64,000 bases of DNA from Polyangiaceae bacterium. Its GTDB lineage: Bacteria > Myxococcota_A > Polyangia > Polyangiales > Polyangiaceae. This document shows, piece by piece, positions 50,614 to 60,002 of this stretch. The notes under the pieces are model-generated. The model saw nothing but the letters and a program-made list of their open reading frames with translations, made no database searches and had not been told where the DNA came from. The position numbers and the translations under genes are program-made. Each line of letters begins with the position of its first letter. Position 1 is the first letter of the stretch. Where the stretch lies: assembly GCA_033763455.1 (NCBI GenBank), contig JANRKO010000073.1:1-64000 (forward strand). The letters are read 5' to 3'.

Positions 50614-51399
50614 CTACTTCAGCTGGGTAGCGGCTCGAAGCATCTCGTCCGCCGCAGTGATAACCTTAGAGTTGATTTCGTAAGACCTCTGGGATGTGAT
50701 AAGGCCGATCATTTCTTCGACCACGTTCACGTTCGCCCCCTCGATCGCTCCTTGCATCAAGGTTCCCCGACCATCGGAGCCCGGAGCTCCCACTTGCGCC
50801 TCCCCGCTTGCAGCCGTTGCTGTGAAGAGATTGTGGCCAAGAGCCTGCAGCCCGCTTGGATTCACAAAAGTTGCCAGCGTGATTTGACCAATCTCGACTG
50901 GCGCTTGTTCTCCAGGGATCGAAGCCATCACCTTGCCGTCCGATGAAATGGAAATACCCGTCGCATCGGGAGGGATCGTCAAAGCGGGGTCAAGCGGCGC
51001 TCCCTCCGGCGTCACGATGCGCCCTTCCCCGTCCGTTTGCAGATTGCCGGAGCGGGTGTAAGCCAACGTGCCGTCGGGCTGCTGAACAGCTAGAAACCCT
51101 CGCCCTTCGATCGCAACATCCAGCTGATTTCCAGTGGTTTGGAGCGTTCCCTGCTCGAACATGCGCGTTGAGCCGACGATGCGTACGCCGCTGCCCACCT
51201 GCAATCCTCCGGGCGACTGCGTGCTGGCACTTGTCGCTGTCCCAGGTGTCCGCACCTGTTGGTACAGAAGATCCTGGAACTCCATGCGTTGCCGCTTGTA
51301 CCCGACGGTATTGGCGTTCGCGATGTTGTTGGAGACCGCTTCCAGGTTGGTTTCCTGGGCGGCCATGCCGCTTGCGGCGATGTTGAGTGTGCGTAGCAT
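50614..51399 (-). CDS. flgG: Distal rod protein
   Basis: SNNIANANTVGYK, FQDLLYQ, YTRSG, QRSYEINSK. Confidence 0.96.
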   Translation of the reverse strand: MLRTLNIAASGMAAQETNLEAVSNNIANANTVGYKRQRMEFQDLLYQQVRTPGTATSASTQSPGGLQVGSGVRIVGSTRMFEQGTLQTTGNQLDVAIEGRGFLAVQQPDGTLAYTRSGNLQTDGEGRIVTPEGAPLDPALTIPPDATGISISSDGKVMASIPGEQAPVEIGQITLATFVNPSGLQALGHNLFTATAASGEAQVGAPGSDGRGTLMQGAIEGANVNVVEEMIGLITSQRSYEINSKVITAADEMLRAATQLK

Positions 51400-51425
51400 G
51401 GACTCTCCTGTCTCTCTGTTCGGTC

Positions 51426-51441
51426 TGCAATCTAGGTGCCA
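51426..51441 (-). promoter_or_regulatory. Sigma54 promoter of flgG operon
   Basis: TGGCACCTAGATTGCA, near-perfect consensus. Confidence 0.85.
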
Positions 51442-51499
51442 CTTGGTCTTTACCCACCCCCACGCACCTTCGATTACGCTCCACCGAACCCACAAACGC

Positions 51500-51525
51500 G
51501 AAACGGACCCATGTGGGCCCGTTTC
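51500..51525 (-). terminator. Hairpin after sigma54 activator gene
   Basis: GAAACGGGCCCA/TGGGTCCGTTTC stem. Confidence 0.55.
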
Positions 51526-51546
51526 AACTTGAGACACGCTCTAGCT

Positions 51547-52626
51547 CTACGCCGCTCGAGTGGCGATGCGTTTGCGTTTGATCATCTCCACCAACGTGGT
51601 GCGATTGAGCCCAAGCAACTTGGCGGCCTGGTTTTTGTTCCAGCCAGTTCGGTCAAGGGCTTGTCGAATCAGGCCATTTTCAAAGTCTTCCACGGCGGTT
51701 CGCAGATCGAGCCCCGCATCAGGAAGTGCTGTACCCACGCGACTTTCGATCGTGGATCCCCGAACTCGAGGAGGGAGATCTTCGGGGCCGATCTTGTTGG
51801 TTCGGCACAGCAATACAGCGCGCTCAACGGTGTTTTCAAGCTCCCGCACGTTGCCAGGCCATTGCCAAGCAATCAGCAACTCCATGGCCTCGCGGGATAC
51901 TCCCATGATGTTCACACGACCGGTTTTCTCGCGAGCTTTGAACAAGAAATGCCGCACTAACAGAGAAATATCTTCGAGCCGTGCGCGAAGCGGCGGAACA
52001 TGCAATTGAATGACGTTCAGCCGGTAATAGAGATCTTCGCGAAAGCTGCCTTCGTGAACCGCTTGTTCAAGCTCCACGTTGGTAGCCGCGACGATGCGCA
52101 CGTTGGCCTTGTATACCTTCATATCTCCCACCGGCGAATACTCATGGGCCTGAAGCAAGCGGAGCAACTTCACCTGCAGCGCCAACGGCAATTCACCGAT
52201 TTCGTCGAGAAAAAGCGTCCCACCTTCGGCGGCAGCAACTCGGCCCGATTTGGCCGCATGGGCTCCAGTGAAAGCACCGCGGGAATGACCAAAGAGTTCG
52301 CTCTCCAACAGATTCTCAGGAATGGCGCCACAATTGACGGCGACAAACGGCTCTGCGGCTCGGCCGCTCCCCTGATGCAGCGCCCGGGCGACGAGCTCTT
52401 TGCCTGTGCCACTTTCACCCGTAACTAGTACGGTGCACGGCGTATCCGCCACTCGATCCACCATCGAGAACACTTCCATTAACCGGTCGGACGTTCCAAC
52501 AACGTCACGCATCGCCACGGGGCGCTGGCTGGCGCGCGGAAACGTGGAAACTCGGTGGAGCCCGCTGTCTCGATCTTCAAAGTCTTCAGGTGCCGGGACT
52601 CGAATGGAAAGGATCGGACTGTTCAT
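51547..52626 (-). CDS. Sigma54-dependent activator (FleQ/FlrA-like), no sensory domain
   Basis: GESGTGKE, GAFTGA, LFLDEIGE, WPGNVREL, Fis HTH; GGAGG RBS before ATG 52626. Confidence 0.93.
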   Translation of the reverse strand: MNSPILSIRVPAPEDFEDRDSGLHRVSTFPRASQRPVAMRDVVGTSDRLMEVFSMVDRVADTPCTVLVTGESGTGKELVARALHQGSGRAAEPFVAVNCGAIPENLLESELFGHSRGAFTGAHAAKSGRVAAAEGGTLFLDEIGELPLALQVKLLRLLQAHEYSPVGDMKVYKANVRIVAATNVELEQAVHEGSFREDLYYRLNVIQLHVPPLRARLEDISLLVRHFLFKAREKTGRVNIMGVSREAMELLIAWQWPGNVRELENTVERAVLLCRTNKIGPEDLPPRVRGSTIESRVGTALPDAGLDLRTAVEDFENGLIRQALDRTGWNKNQAAKLLGLNRTTLVEMIKRKRIATRAA

Positions 52627-52670
52627 TGGTTTGTGTACCTCCCAGGTTGGCGTGTCATGCCGAACCCAAG

Positions 52671-52687
52671 AGCAAGACGCGGGCCAA
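52671..52687 (-). promoter_or_regulatory. Sigma54 promoter of the activator gene
   Basis: TTGGCCCGCGTCTTGCT, GG-N10-GC. Confidence 0.7.
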
Positions 52688-52972
52688 AGCGTCGAAACCC
52701 TGACATTGCAGCGGTTGCACGTTGACGCCTCTGCTGACGCGAACGTCCGGCGCCCTTGGAGCGGGTCCAGAGCGACCCGGAACACGACGCTTTTCCTCAC
52801 CCCCTTACGTAAACGCAGCACCAACCTGCGAAAACACCGCGAAAGTCCTGCATCGTGCTGCCTGAGTCCGAAAAGACCTAGGGCCAGGTCGGATCAGACT
52901 TCTTAGGGCCTTCTGGGTCAACCTGGGTGAGCGGCTCGGACCCGGAATGCCTTGAATTGTTTTTTCAGCCCG

Positions 52973-52989
52973 TTGGCACACCGCGTGCT
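52973..52989 (+). promoter_or_regulatory. Sigma54 promoter of flgB operon
   Basis: TTGGCACACCGCGTGCT, GG-N10-GC. Confidence 0.8.
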
Positions 52990-53003
52990 CTTCGCAGTAC
53001 GCG

Positions 53004-53396
53004 ATGTCGAACCTATTCAGCGCGATAAGCCCTCTCCACAGTGCGCTCGACTACCACTTGGAGCGCAGCAGTGTGCTTGCCTCCAACGTCGCACATGTCG
53101 ACACTCCAGGGTTCAAGCCGAAAGACCTTGAACGGGTCTCATTTGATGAGTCCTTCAATACCGCACTCCGCGTCACGCATGAGCGGCACATGGGGGGAGC
53201 CCCGGCATCTTTCGAAAATGGTCGAGTCTTTACTGACCTCTCCGCGGGCGGCGGCAAAGACGGCAACTTTGTCTCGCTCGACCGTGAAGCCGCAAAGGTA
53301 GCCGCCAATCAGATGCGCTACGACGTTGTCTCAGCCGTCGCGTCGTCTGAGCTTCGAGCACTCACATTCGCAGCTAGCGATGCAAGAGGAGGATAA
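53004..53396 (+). CDS. flgB: Basal-body rod protein
   Basis: ASNVAHVDTPGFKPKD, DGNFVSLDRE. Confidence 0.93.
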   Translation: MSNLFSAISPLHSALDYHLERSSVLASNVAHVDTPGFKPKDLERVSFDESFNTALRVTHERHMGGAPASFENGRVFTDLSAGGGKDGNFVSLDREAAKVAANQMRYDVVSAVASSELRALTFAASDARGG

Positions 53397-53399
53397 TCC

Positions 53400-53831
53400 A
53401 TGTTGGGAACCTTTAGCGCCCTAGAAGTTTCTGCGTCCGGCCTCGCCGCCGAGCGCATTCGTATGAACACTATCGCCTCCAATCTGGCGAACGCACGCAC
53501 CACCAAGACCGAAGCTGGCGGCCCCTACAAGCGCATCGACCCACTCTTTGAATCGAAGTTGCTGGATTCCCAGGGCATTGAGTCCCAAGCCGGGCGCGCC
53601 GTTTCTTCGGTACATGTGGCTCGTATCGTAACCGACGAGCGCCCCGGGCAAATGGTTTACGACCCGGGCCATCCTGACGCGAACGCTCAGGGTTACGTCG
53701 AATATCCGAACGTGAACGTGGTCGAAGAGATGGTGAACATGATCTCTGCGTCCCGTGCCTACGAAGCCGGCGTGAGTGCCATCGATTCGATCAAACAAAT
53801 GGCAACTTCCGCCCTGCGGATTGGACGTTAA
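53400..53831 (+). CDS. flgC: Basal-body rod protein
   Basis: YDPGHPDA, PNVNVVEEM, ASRAYEA. Confidence 0.97.
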   Translation: MLGTFSALEVSASGLAAERIRMNTIASNLANARTTKTEAGGPYKRIDPLFESKLLDSQGIESQAGRAVSSVHVARIVTDERPGQMVYDPGHPDANAQGYVEYPNVNVVEEMVNMISASRAYEAGVSAIDSIKQMATSALRIGR

Positions 53832-53836
53832 TCACT

Positions 53837-54169
53837 ATGGCGATTGGACCCATTGAGGGCAACCTGCCGTTGATGCAGCCGAAAGGCACAACGGACGCTG
53901 ATTTCGTCGCGCGCCTGAAGGAAACCCAAACGCCGGGGCAAACCCAGGGCGTTTCGTTTGAAGATGTCATCGGGCAAGCGATTTTAAACACCAATCAGCG
54001 CATTCACGCGGCAACAGAGGCTGGGCAAGCATTTGCCGCAGGCAAGACGGACGACATTCATGGAACGATGCTGGCGATGAGCGAAGCTGACATCAGCCTC
54101 CGTTTCGTCGGCAACGTAAAGAACAAGGTAGTCGATGCGTTTTACGAACTTTGGCGCATGAGCATTTGA
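53837..54169 (+). CDS. fliE: Hook-basal body protein
   Basis: DIHGTM...VKNKVVDAFYELWRMSI. Confidence 0.93.
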   Translation: MAIGPIEGNLPLMQPKGTTDADFVARLKETQTPGQTQGVSFEDVIGQAILNTNQRIHAATEAGQAFAAGKTDDIHGTMLAMSEADISLRFVGNVKNKVVDAFYELWRMSI

Positions 54170-54179
54170 GGAGATTTGG

Positions 54180-55817
54180 GTGGATAAAATTCCGATCCTT
54201 GGCCAACTGTTAACCTTCTGGAGGGGGCTTTCGCTCGGGCGGCAACTCGCCTTGGCCATCTTCACGTTTGGCGCGCTCGGAGCCGCGCTCTACATTTCCT
54301 TCATCGGCTCGCATGAGAATTTCGGCGTTCTCTATGCAGATCTCAGCACCGAGGACGCCGCCGCCATTTCCCAGAAGCTCAAGGAGCGGAAAATCGAGCA
54401 CCACGTACTAGGCTCGGGGAACGCCATTGAAGTGCCCGAATCACAGGTTCCTTCGCTGCGCCTGGAGTTGGCGTCGGACGGTTTGCCGCGGGGCGGCGGA
54501 GCAGGCTTTGAGCTCTTCGACAAGCCGCGTATTGGGGCTACCGAGTTTGAGCAACAGATCAATCTGAAGCGTGCCCTCGAAGGCGAGCTAGCACGCTCTA
54601 TCAATACCATCGACGGTGTCAAGGCGGCACGCGTACACCTCGTGTTGCCCGAACGTCGCTTGTTCTTGGCGTCGGAGCAGCAGGCGTCCGCCTCCGTCGT
54701 GCTTAAGCTGAGCAACCCTTCTGCGTTCTCAAAGCAGGAAGTCGCGGCCACCGTACATCTCGTCGCTACGGCGGTTCCTGGGCTCAGCCGAGACCGAGTG
54801 TCGGTGGTCAGCACAGACGGCGTAACACTGCACCGCCCAACGTCCGGTACCGGAGACGAGGGCGGAGGCGGCGACGACCAGCGCCAGGAAAAAGAGCAAG
54901 AGGCAGCCACTCGGCTCGAAGACCATGTGCGCAGCCTGCTTGAAAGAGTCGTGGGCGTTGGCAACGCGGAGGTACGGATGTCAGTAGCGCTCGATCCGTC
55001 GGTCACCGAGCGCACCCTCGAACGCTATGAACCCGCCAAAACAGCCCTCCGCAGCGAGTATCTGACCGAAGAACGCACGGGCGGCGATGCCGCGAGCGTG
55101 GCAGGCGTGCCGGGCGCCCAGAGCAACTTGGGAGACAAAGGGGGCGAGGTCACCACTACCACCGTTGATAAGAGCGGCAACGTGCTCAGAACGAGCCACC
55201 AGCGCAATTGGGAGATCGATCGCGTTCTTGAGAAAACAAAGATCCCATCTGGGCAGATCCAGCGTGTAAGCATGGCAGTTCTCGTCAACAAAAAGGCCAA
55301 CCAGAACATCAACAAAGACATGCTCGCGTCTTTGGGGCAGATGGCCAAGCAATCCATCGGCTTCAGCGAGCAACGCGGTGACGCCTTCAGCATCGACTCG
55401 ATCGACTTTGCCAAGGTTGATATTGCCGACGTGGCAGAGGAGCCAGTCCCTGTTTGGAAGAAGGCCATCAACTATGTGCCGATGGCGCTCGGAGCCCTCG
55501 TAGCGCTGGTGCTTCTGATCGTGATTCTAAAGAGTCAGAAGAGCCGGCAAACTGACGAACAGACCTACGCTCGATTAAACGCGGCCAAACAGGTAGCCAC
55601 CCAAGAGCTTCAAGGCACACGCGAACAAATCCTGAACCTACCTTCAGCCTCCAACGCAAACAACCCTGCCCAGCTCGGTGATGGTGCGCCGAGGAAGGAG
55701 GAGGTGCGCTCACGAGCATTGGAGCTGGCCTCTCAAGATCCTGCGACTGCGGCCGTTATTCTCCGTTCATGGCTGAACTCTGGCGCGTCGCCCGAACCCA
55801 TCACTGGAGAATCTTAA
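54180..55817 (+). CDS. fliF: MS-ring protein
   Basis: GFELFD, RALEGELARSI, ARVHL, ASASV; two TM segments. Confidence 0.96.
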   Translation: MDKIPILGQLLTFWRGLSLGRQLALAIFTFGALGAALYISFIGSHENFGVLYADLSTEDAAAISQKLKERKIEHHVLGSGNAIEVPESQVPSLRLELASDGLPRGGGAGFELFDKPRIGATEFEQQINLKRALEGELARSINTIDGVKAARVHLVLPERRLFLASEQQASASVVLKLSNPSAFSKQEVAATVHLVATAVPGLSRDRVSVVSTDGVTLHRPTSGTGDEGGGGDDQRQEKEQEAATRLEDHVRSLLERVVGVGNAEVRMSVALDPSVTERTLERYEPAKTALRSEYLTEERTGGDAASVAGVPGAQSNLGDKGGEVTTTTVDKSGNVLRTSHQRNWEIDRVLEKTKIPSGQIQRVSMAVLVNKKANQNINKDMLASLGQMAKQSIGFSEQRGDAFSIDSIDFAKVDIADVAEEPVPVWKKAINYVPMALGALVALVLLIVILKSQKSRQTDEQTYARLNAAKQVATQELQGTREQILNLPSASNANNPAQLGDGAPRKEEVRSRALELASQDPATAAVILRSWLNSGASPEPITGES

Positions 55818-55832
55818 CTGGCAACTCGTGCC

Positions 55833-56816
55833 ATGGCTGAACTCACCGGCCCCGAAAAGGCAGTATTGATGCTGCTCTCGATGGACGAAAGCACTGCCGT
55901 GCCAGTCGTGGCCGAGCTCGACGCAACCGACATCAAGAAGCTGCGCGATGTGGCGCTCTTGATGCGGGAAGTCCCGGCAAGTTCGCTGGATCGGGTGTAC
56001 CAAGAGTTCATCGCACGCACGCAACAAGCCGTGGCGGTACCGAAGGGTGGCGAGCGCTACCTGCGAAAGATCACTACTCGGGCACTCGGCGAAGCCAAGA
56101 CCAACGAACTCTTTCACGAAGGCGCCACCTCTGCCATGGAGCGTCTTTCAAGCGCGGATCCCACCCAGCTTGGATCGATCCTCGAACGTGAACACCCTCA
56201 ATTGGTAGCGGCTCTAATGTCGCAAATGAGTACCGACCGAGCTGCCCTGCTCCTTCAGGCGCTGCCCGAAGAACAGCGTTCCGTCGTACTCGAACGGTTA
56301 AGCACCATGACGGAAATCCCCGCCGGGCTCTTGGAAGAGGTCGCCGCAGCGCTCAGCACGGAGCTGCCCACCGGTGGCACCGAAGCCGCCATCTCGGTAG
56401 ATGGTATCAGCCGCTCAGCCGCTTTGGTGCGCAAGCTCGGACGCGAATTAGGCGAAGCACTGCTTGAAAACATGGACCAAGGGAACTCTGCCTTAGCTGC
56501 CGAAATTCGCCGCTCCATGTACTCGTTCGAGGACTTGAAGGTTATCGACAAGAAGGCAATGCGCGATCTCCTGAAGGAAATCGCCACCGATAGGCTCGCT
56601 CTCGCCCTCAAGACAGCCAGCGAAGAGCTGAAGATTCATTTCCTCTCTGCCATGTCAAAGCGTGCCGCAGAAATGATGCGTGAAGACATGGAGCTATTGG
56701 GGGGAGTGCGCTTGAGCGACGTTGAAGCCGCCCAACGCGAAATCGTCGAAACAGCGCTGCGCCTGGAATCCGAAGGCGTCTTGTCGCTGGATACGGGCGG
56801 TGAGCAGATTGTCTGA
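55833..56816 (+). CDS. fliG: Motor switch protein
   Basis: EHPQ, MYSFEDL, MSKRAA, DVEAAQ. Confidence 0.96.
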   Translation: MAELTGPEKAVLMLLSMDESTAVPVVAELDATDIKKLRDVALLMREVPASSLDRVYQEFIARTQQAVAVPKGGERYLRKITTRALGEAKTNELFHEGATSAMERLSSADPTQLGSILEREHPQLVAALMSQMSTDRAALLLQALPEEQRSVVLERLSTMTEIPAGLLEEVAAALSTELPTGGTEAAISVDGISRSAALVRKLGRELGEALLENMDQGNSALAAEIRRSMYSFEDLKVIDKKAMRDLLKEIATDRLALALKTASEELKIHFLSAMSKRAAEMMREDMELLGGVRLSDVEAAQREIVETALRLESEGVLSLDTGGEQIV

Positions 56817-57648
56817 TAGGGACTCCAACGCGCGCTTTCTGGTGAAGGGCAAAGGCCCCGGCAAGATGCCATCTTGGATTGCTAAAGGCGCGACCCAAGG
56901 CGACATGGCAGCGCCCGACGTTTCAACGCTGCGTCCGCCACGCCTTCCCACCGATCTTACCGGAGTGACCCTGCAAGCCCAGGAGCAAATGCCCAAGAGG
57001 TCTCGGGATCAACGGCCACGCTCTCGGCCTCCGCGGGGACCGGCAGGGCACGCCTCTCCCCCTCGGAGAGGCGCAGCGGATTTTGATCTAACCGGCGCGG
57101 CAGCTTCGGCGGCAATGCGCGGGGGGATCCCTGCGCGCGCGCACCTGGACTCCGTTCCACCTCCGCCCGAATCACGCCGCTCTCATAGCGTGTTTCCAGA
57201 GGTTGGCTTCGTTGTCGACGAAACGGCGCGCGCCCAACTCGAAGCGAACCTCGTCAATCTTGCGAACCTCCGCAAACAACTCACGCGCCAGATGCAGGGG
57301 CAGCTAGTGGATCTTGCCGTGCTCATTGCTGAACGCGTTATCGCCAAAGAATTGGAGACGCCTGGGCCCACGCTAAGGGCGCTAGTTGCTGAGGGTTTGG
57401 AAGCATTGACGCACCAAGATCAGCTGCTTATCCGCCTGGGGCAAGCCTTTGAGCCGCATCTTGAGAGCCTAAAATCTGCCCTTAGCGTCCAGGCACCGCA
57501 CGCCGAGGTGGTGATGGATGGTAACTTGGATCCGTATGCTTGCATTTTGCACAGCGAGCTTGGGCGGGTGGATGAATCCATCGACCAACGTTTGAAAACG
57601 ATCCTCGGTCTTGCCCAAGAAACTCTAGCCGAGGCCGACGATGAGTGA
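56809..57648 (+). CDS. fliH: Flagellar export protein FliH with long disordered N-terminus
   Basis: LAVLIAERVIAKEL, SELGRVDESI; between fliG and fliI; start uncertain. Confidence 0.85.
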   Translation: MSDRDSNARFLVKGKGPGKMPSWIAKGATQGDMAAPDVSTLRPPRLPTDLTGVTLQAQEQMPKRSRDQRPRSRPPRGPAGHASPPRRGAADFDLTGAAASAAMRGGIPARAHLDSVPPPPESRRSHSVFPEVGFVVDETARAQLEANLVNLANLRKQLTRQMQGQLVDLAVLIAERVIAKELETPGPTLRALVAEGLEALTHQDQLLIRLGQAFEPHLESLKSALSVQAPHAEVVMDGNLDPYACILHSELGRVDESIDQRLKTILGLAQETLAEADDE

Positions 57649-58966
57649 CGCCTTCGCCCGGGTTTTTGAAGCACTCAAACACGCGCCCGCGCACACTCCT
57701 GTAGGCACCGTCATCGACGTGGTGGGAATGGTGCTTGAGATCGGTGGCGTGCGGGCGGCCGTCGGTGATTGCCTGGAGATCACCTCCACATCTGGGCTCT
57801 TGCCGGTGGAGGTAGTTGGGTTTCGACAAGGCAAGCTTTTAGCTACACCGCTAGGTTCCACCAGCGGGATCCGACCCGGTGCACGTGTGGTGCATACGCA
57901 CCGAGGCGCGACTGTTCCTGCAGGCGAGGCGCTGCTCGGCAGAGTGATCGACTCCTTTGGTTCTCCGCTCGATGGCCTCCCCAAGCCTCCCAAGCTTCGG
58001 CGCTGCCCTGTTCACGCCGCCCCCCCTTCCCCGTTCTTGCGTCGCCCCATTGCCCAGCCTTTCGAGACGGGCGTTCGAGTGATCGACGGTTTTTTGAGTC
58101 TCGGGCTTGGGCAGCGTGTGGGCATCTTCGCCGGTGCCGGCGTAGGCAAAAGCACCCTCCTTGGCATGATTTGCCGTTCTTCCGAAGCGGATGTGAACGT
58201 CGTAGCGCTGGTCGGTGAGCGTGGACGTGAGCTCAATGATTTCGTAAGAAATGCACTGGGTGAAGCAGGGCTCGCGCGGAGCGTAGTGGTGGCCGCTACG
58301 AGCGATCAACCTCCGCTGGTTCGAGCACGTGGAGCAGAATCTGCGACTGCGATCGCTGAGCACTTTCGCGACCAGGGGAAAAGCGTGCTACTAATCATGG
58401 ATTCGGTGACGCGCTATGCGATGGCGCTGCGCGAAACCGCGTTAGCCGCGGGCGAGCCGCCGGCGACTAAGGGGTACACGCCTTCCGTGTTCGCAGCGTT
58501 GCCTCGTCTCCTAGAGCGTGCGGGGACAAGTGCTGGCCCGGGAGTCATTACGGCGCTTTACACCGTGTTAGTTGAAGGGGACGACCTTTCAGATCCGATT
58601 GCAGACGCCGTGCGCGGCATCTTGGATGGCCACATCGTTTTGTCGCGCAATCTGGCGGAGAGAGGCCATTTTCCGGCGGTGGATGTGCTCGGGAGCATTT
58701 CGCGCGTTGCCCCTGACGTCGCGGAAAAGAGCCTACTTCAAGACGCTTCCGCGCTGCGCGGCATGTTGGGTGCGTACCGTGACGTTGCGGACTTGATCCA
58801 GGTGGGTGCGTACCAAGACGGGAGCGATCCGAGGGCGGACGCCGCTCGAAAACTGATGCCGCAAATCGATCAATTTTGTCGCCAAGATGTTCATGAACGG
58901 GGCACCACCTTGGGTGAAACCAAAGCGCGGCTCCGAGTGTTGGCCACGCAAGGTAGCAAACGCTGA
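57641..58966 (+). CDS. fliI: Flagellar export ATPase
   Basis: AGAGVGKS, GERGRE, DSVTRYAMALRE, GEPPATKGY, DGHIVLSR. Confidence 0.97.
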   Translation: MSDAFARVFEALKHAPAHTPVGTVIDVVGMVLEIGGVRAAVGDCLEITSTSGLLPVEVVGFRQGKLLATPLGSTSGIRPGARVVHTHRGATVPAGEALLGRVIDSFGSPLDGLPKPPKLRRCPVHAAPPSPFLRRPIAQPFETGVRVIDGFLSLGLGQRVGIFAGAGVGKSTLLGMICRSSEADVNVVALVGERGRELNDFVRNALGEAGLARSVVVAATSDQPPLVRARGAESATAIAEHFRDQGKSVLLIMDSVTRYAMALRETALAAGEPPATKGYTPSVFAALPRLLERAGTSAGPGVITALYTVLVEGDDLSDPIADAVRGILDGHIVLSRNLAERGHFPAVDVLGSISRVAPDVAEKSLLQDASALRGMLGAYRDVADLIQVGAYQDGSDPRADAARKLMPQIDQFCRQDVHERGTTLGETKARLRVLATQGSKR

Positions 58967-59412
58967 TGGATCGCCGCCGTATTCAGAAGTTGCTCGAACT
59001 TCGGCAGAAGGCACTCGATACCAAAGTCTCCGAGCTCGGAGCAGCACGCCAGGCCGTTGAAACAGCGATCGCGGCTGTGACCCGGGCGGCAAGCGCACTC
59101 GAACGTGCCGCCGACGAACGCAAACAAATGAATCGTGCGGGCGCCGACTGGCAAACCTGGGTCACTACTCAGGATTGGATGAGCCTCAAGGCGCGCGAGT
59201 TTTCAGCCGCGCAGCAGCAAAAGTCCCACTGTGAGCGCCTCGCAGAGCGCGCGCTCGCCGCCGTCCATAAAGCGCGCTCAGAAGCCCTCCGTATCGAAGC
59301 GCTGCTGGCCCGCGTAGACAGTGAAGCACGGCAGAAAGAGCTCAGGAAAGAACGACGCGCCGAAGACGAATTTCAAGCCAATCAATCAGCACGGGAGGAA
59401 ATCTCGCGATGA
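58966..59412 (+). CDS. fliJ: Export chaperone FliJ
   Basis: 148-aa coiled coil after fliI, ER..EDE near C-terminus. Confidence 0.8.
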   Translation: MDRRRIQKLLELRQKALDTKVSELGAARQAVETAIAAVTRAASALERAADERKQMNRAGADWQTWVTTQDWMSLKAREFSAAQQQKSHCERLAERALAAVHKARSEALRIEALLARVDSEARQKELRKERRAEDEFQANQSAREEISR

Positions 59413-59999
59413 CGCCCACGCTCGGGAACTTCTCGACTCGCATCGAGCTCGCCCTCACGGACACGAGTCAGGGTGCCCCATCGGACGACGATGCCACCTG
59501 GGCAAGAGTTGCCGCAGCCTTTGCCCACAGCGCACCACCTCCGATGCCCGTATCCGTAAATGGCACGGCAGCGTCAGCCGCCTGGCGCCCAAACGACGTC
59601 CCCGTGACGGCCACCGCAGACTCTCCCCAAGGCGCAGCCGCTAGCAGTCAGCTCGGTAGCACCGCCAGTGCAGGGGCCGAACCTGGGAGCCTCTCATTGA
59701 AGTTTTCAACCCCGGAATTCGGAGAAATGTCGCTAAAGGTTGAGCGCAGCCTCACCGGCACTCGAGTTGAGCTGAGTGTTGAGCAACTCAATGCCTTTCA
59801 GAGGCTGCAGGGAGAACTGCAGAACCTCGGCAATGTCTTGCGCGCCGCCGGGCTGAACATCGCCTCGCTACAGGTAGTCCAGAAGGCTGGCACTGCCCTT
59901 GCACAGCAAGCGAATGGTCGTCGCAATATCGCCTTGGTGGGTCAACCCCAGGCCCACTCCAGCAACCCAGAACGGCGACGAGTGAAAGTAATAGGATAA
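59409..59999 (+). CDS. fliK: Short hook-length control protein
   Basis: Ala/Pro/Ser-rich N-part plus C-terminal switch domain (TPEFGEMSLKV...LRAAGL); before flgD. Confidence 0.75.
   Translation: MTPTLGNFSTRIELALTDTSQGAPSDDDATWARVAAAFAHSAPPPMPVSVNGTAASAAWRPNDVPVTATADSPQGAAASSQLGSTASAGAEPGSLSLKFSTPEFGEMSLKVERSLTGTRVELSVEQLNAFQRLQGELQNLGNVLRAAGLNIASLQVVQKAGTALAQQANGRRNIALVGQPQAHSSNPERRRVKVIG
59888..59903 (+). promoter_or_regulatory. Internal sigma54 promoter for flgDE
   Basis: TGGCACTGCCCTTGCA inside fliK 3' end, about 100 bp before flgD. Confidence 0.75.
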
Positions 60000-60002
60000 A
60001 TC

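Noticed and set aside
54180..59412. Injectisome-type T3SS interpretation of fliF-fliJ
   Set aside because: Context includes rod, hook, L/P ring, flagellin and cap genes, so it is flagellar
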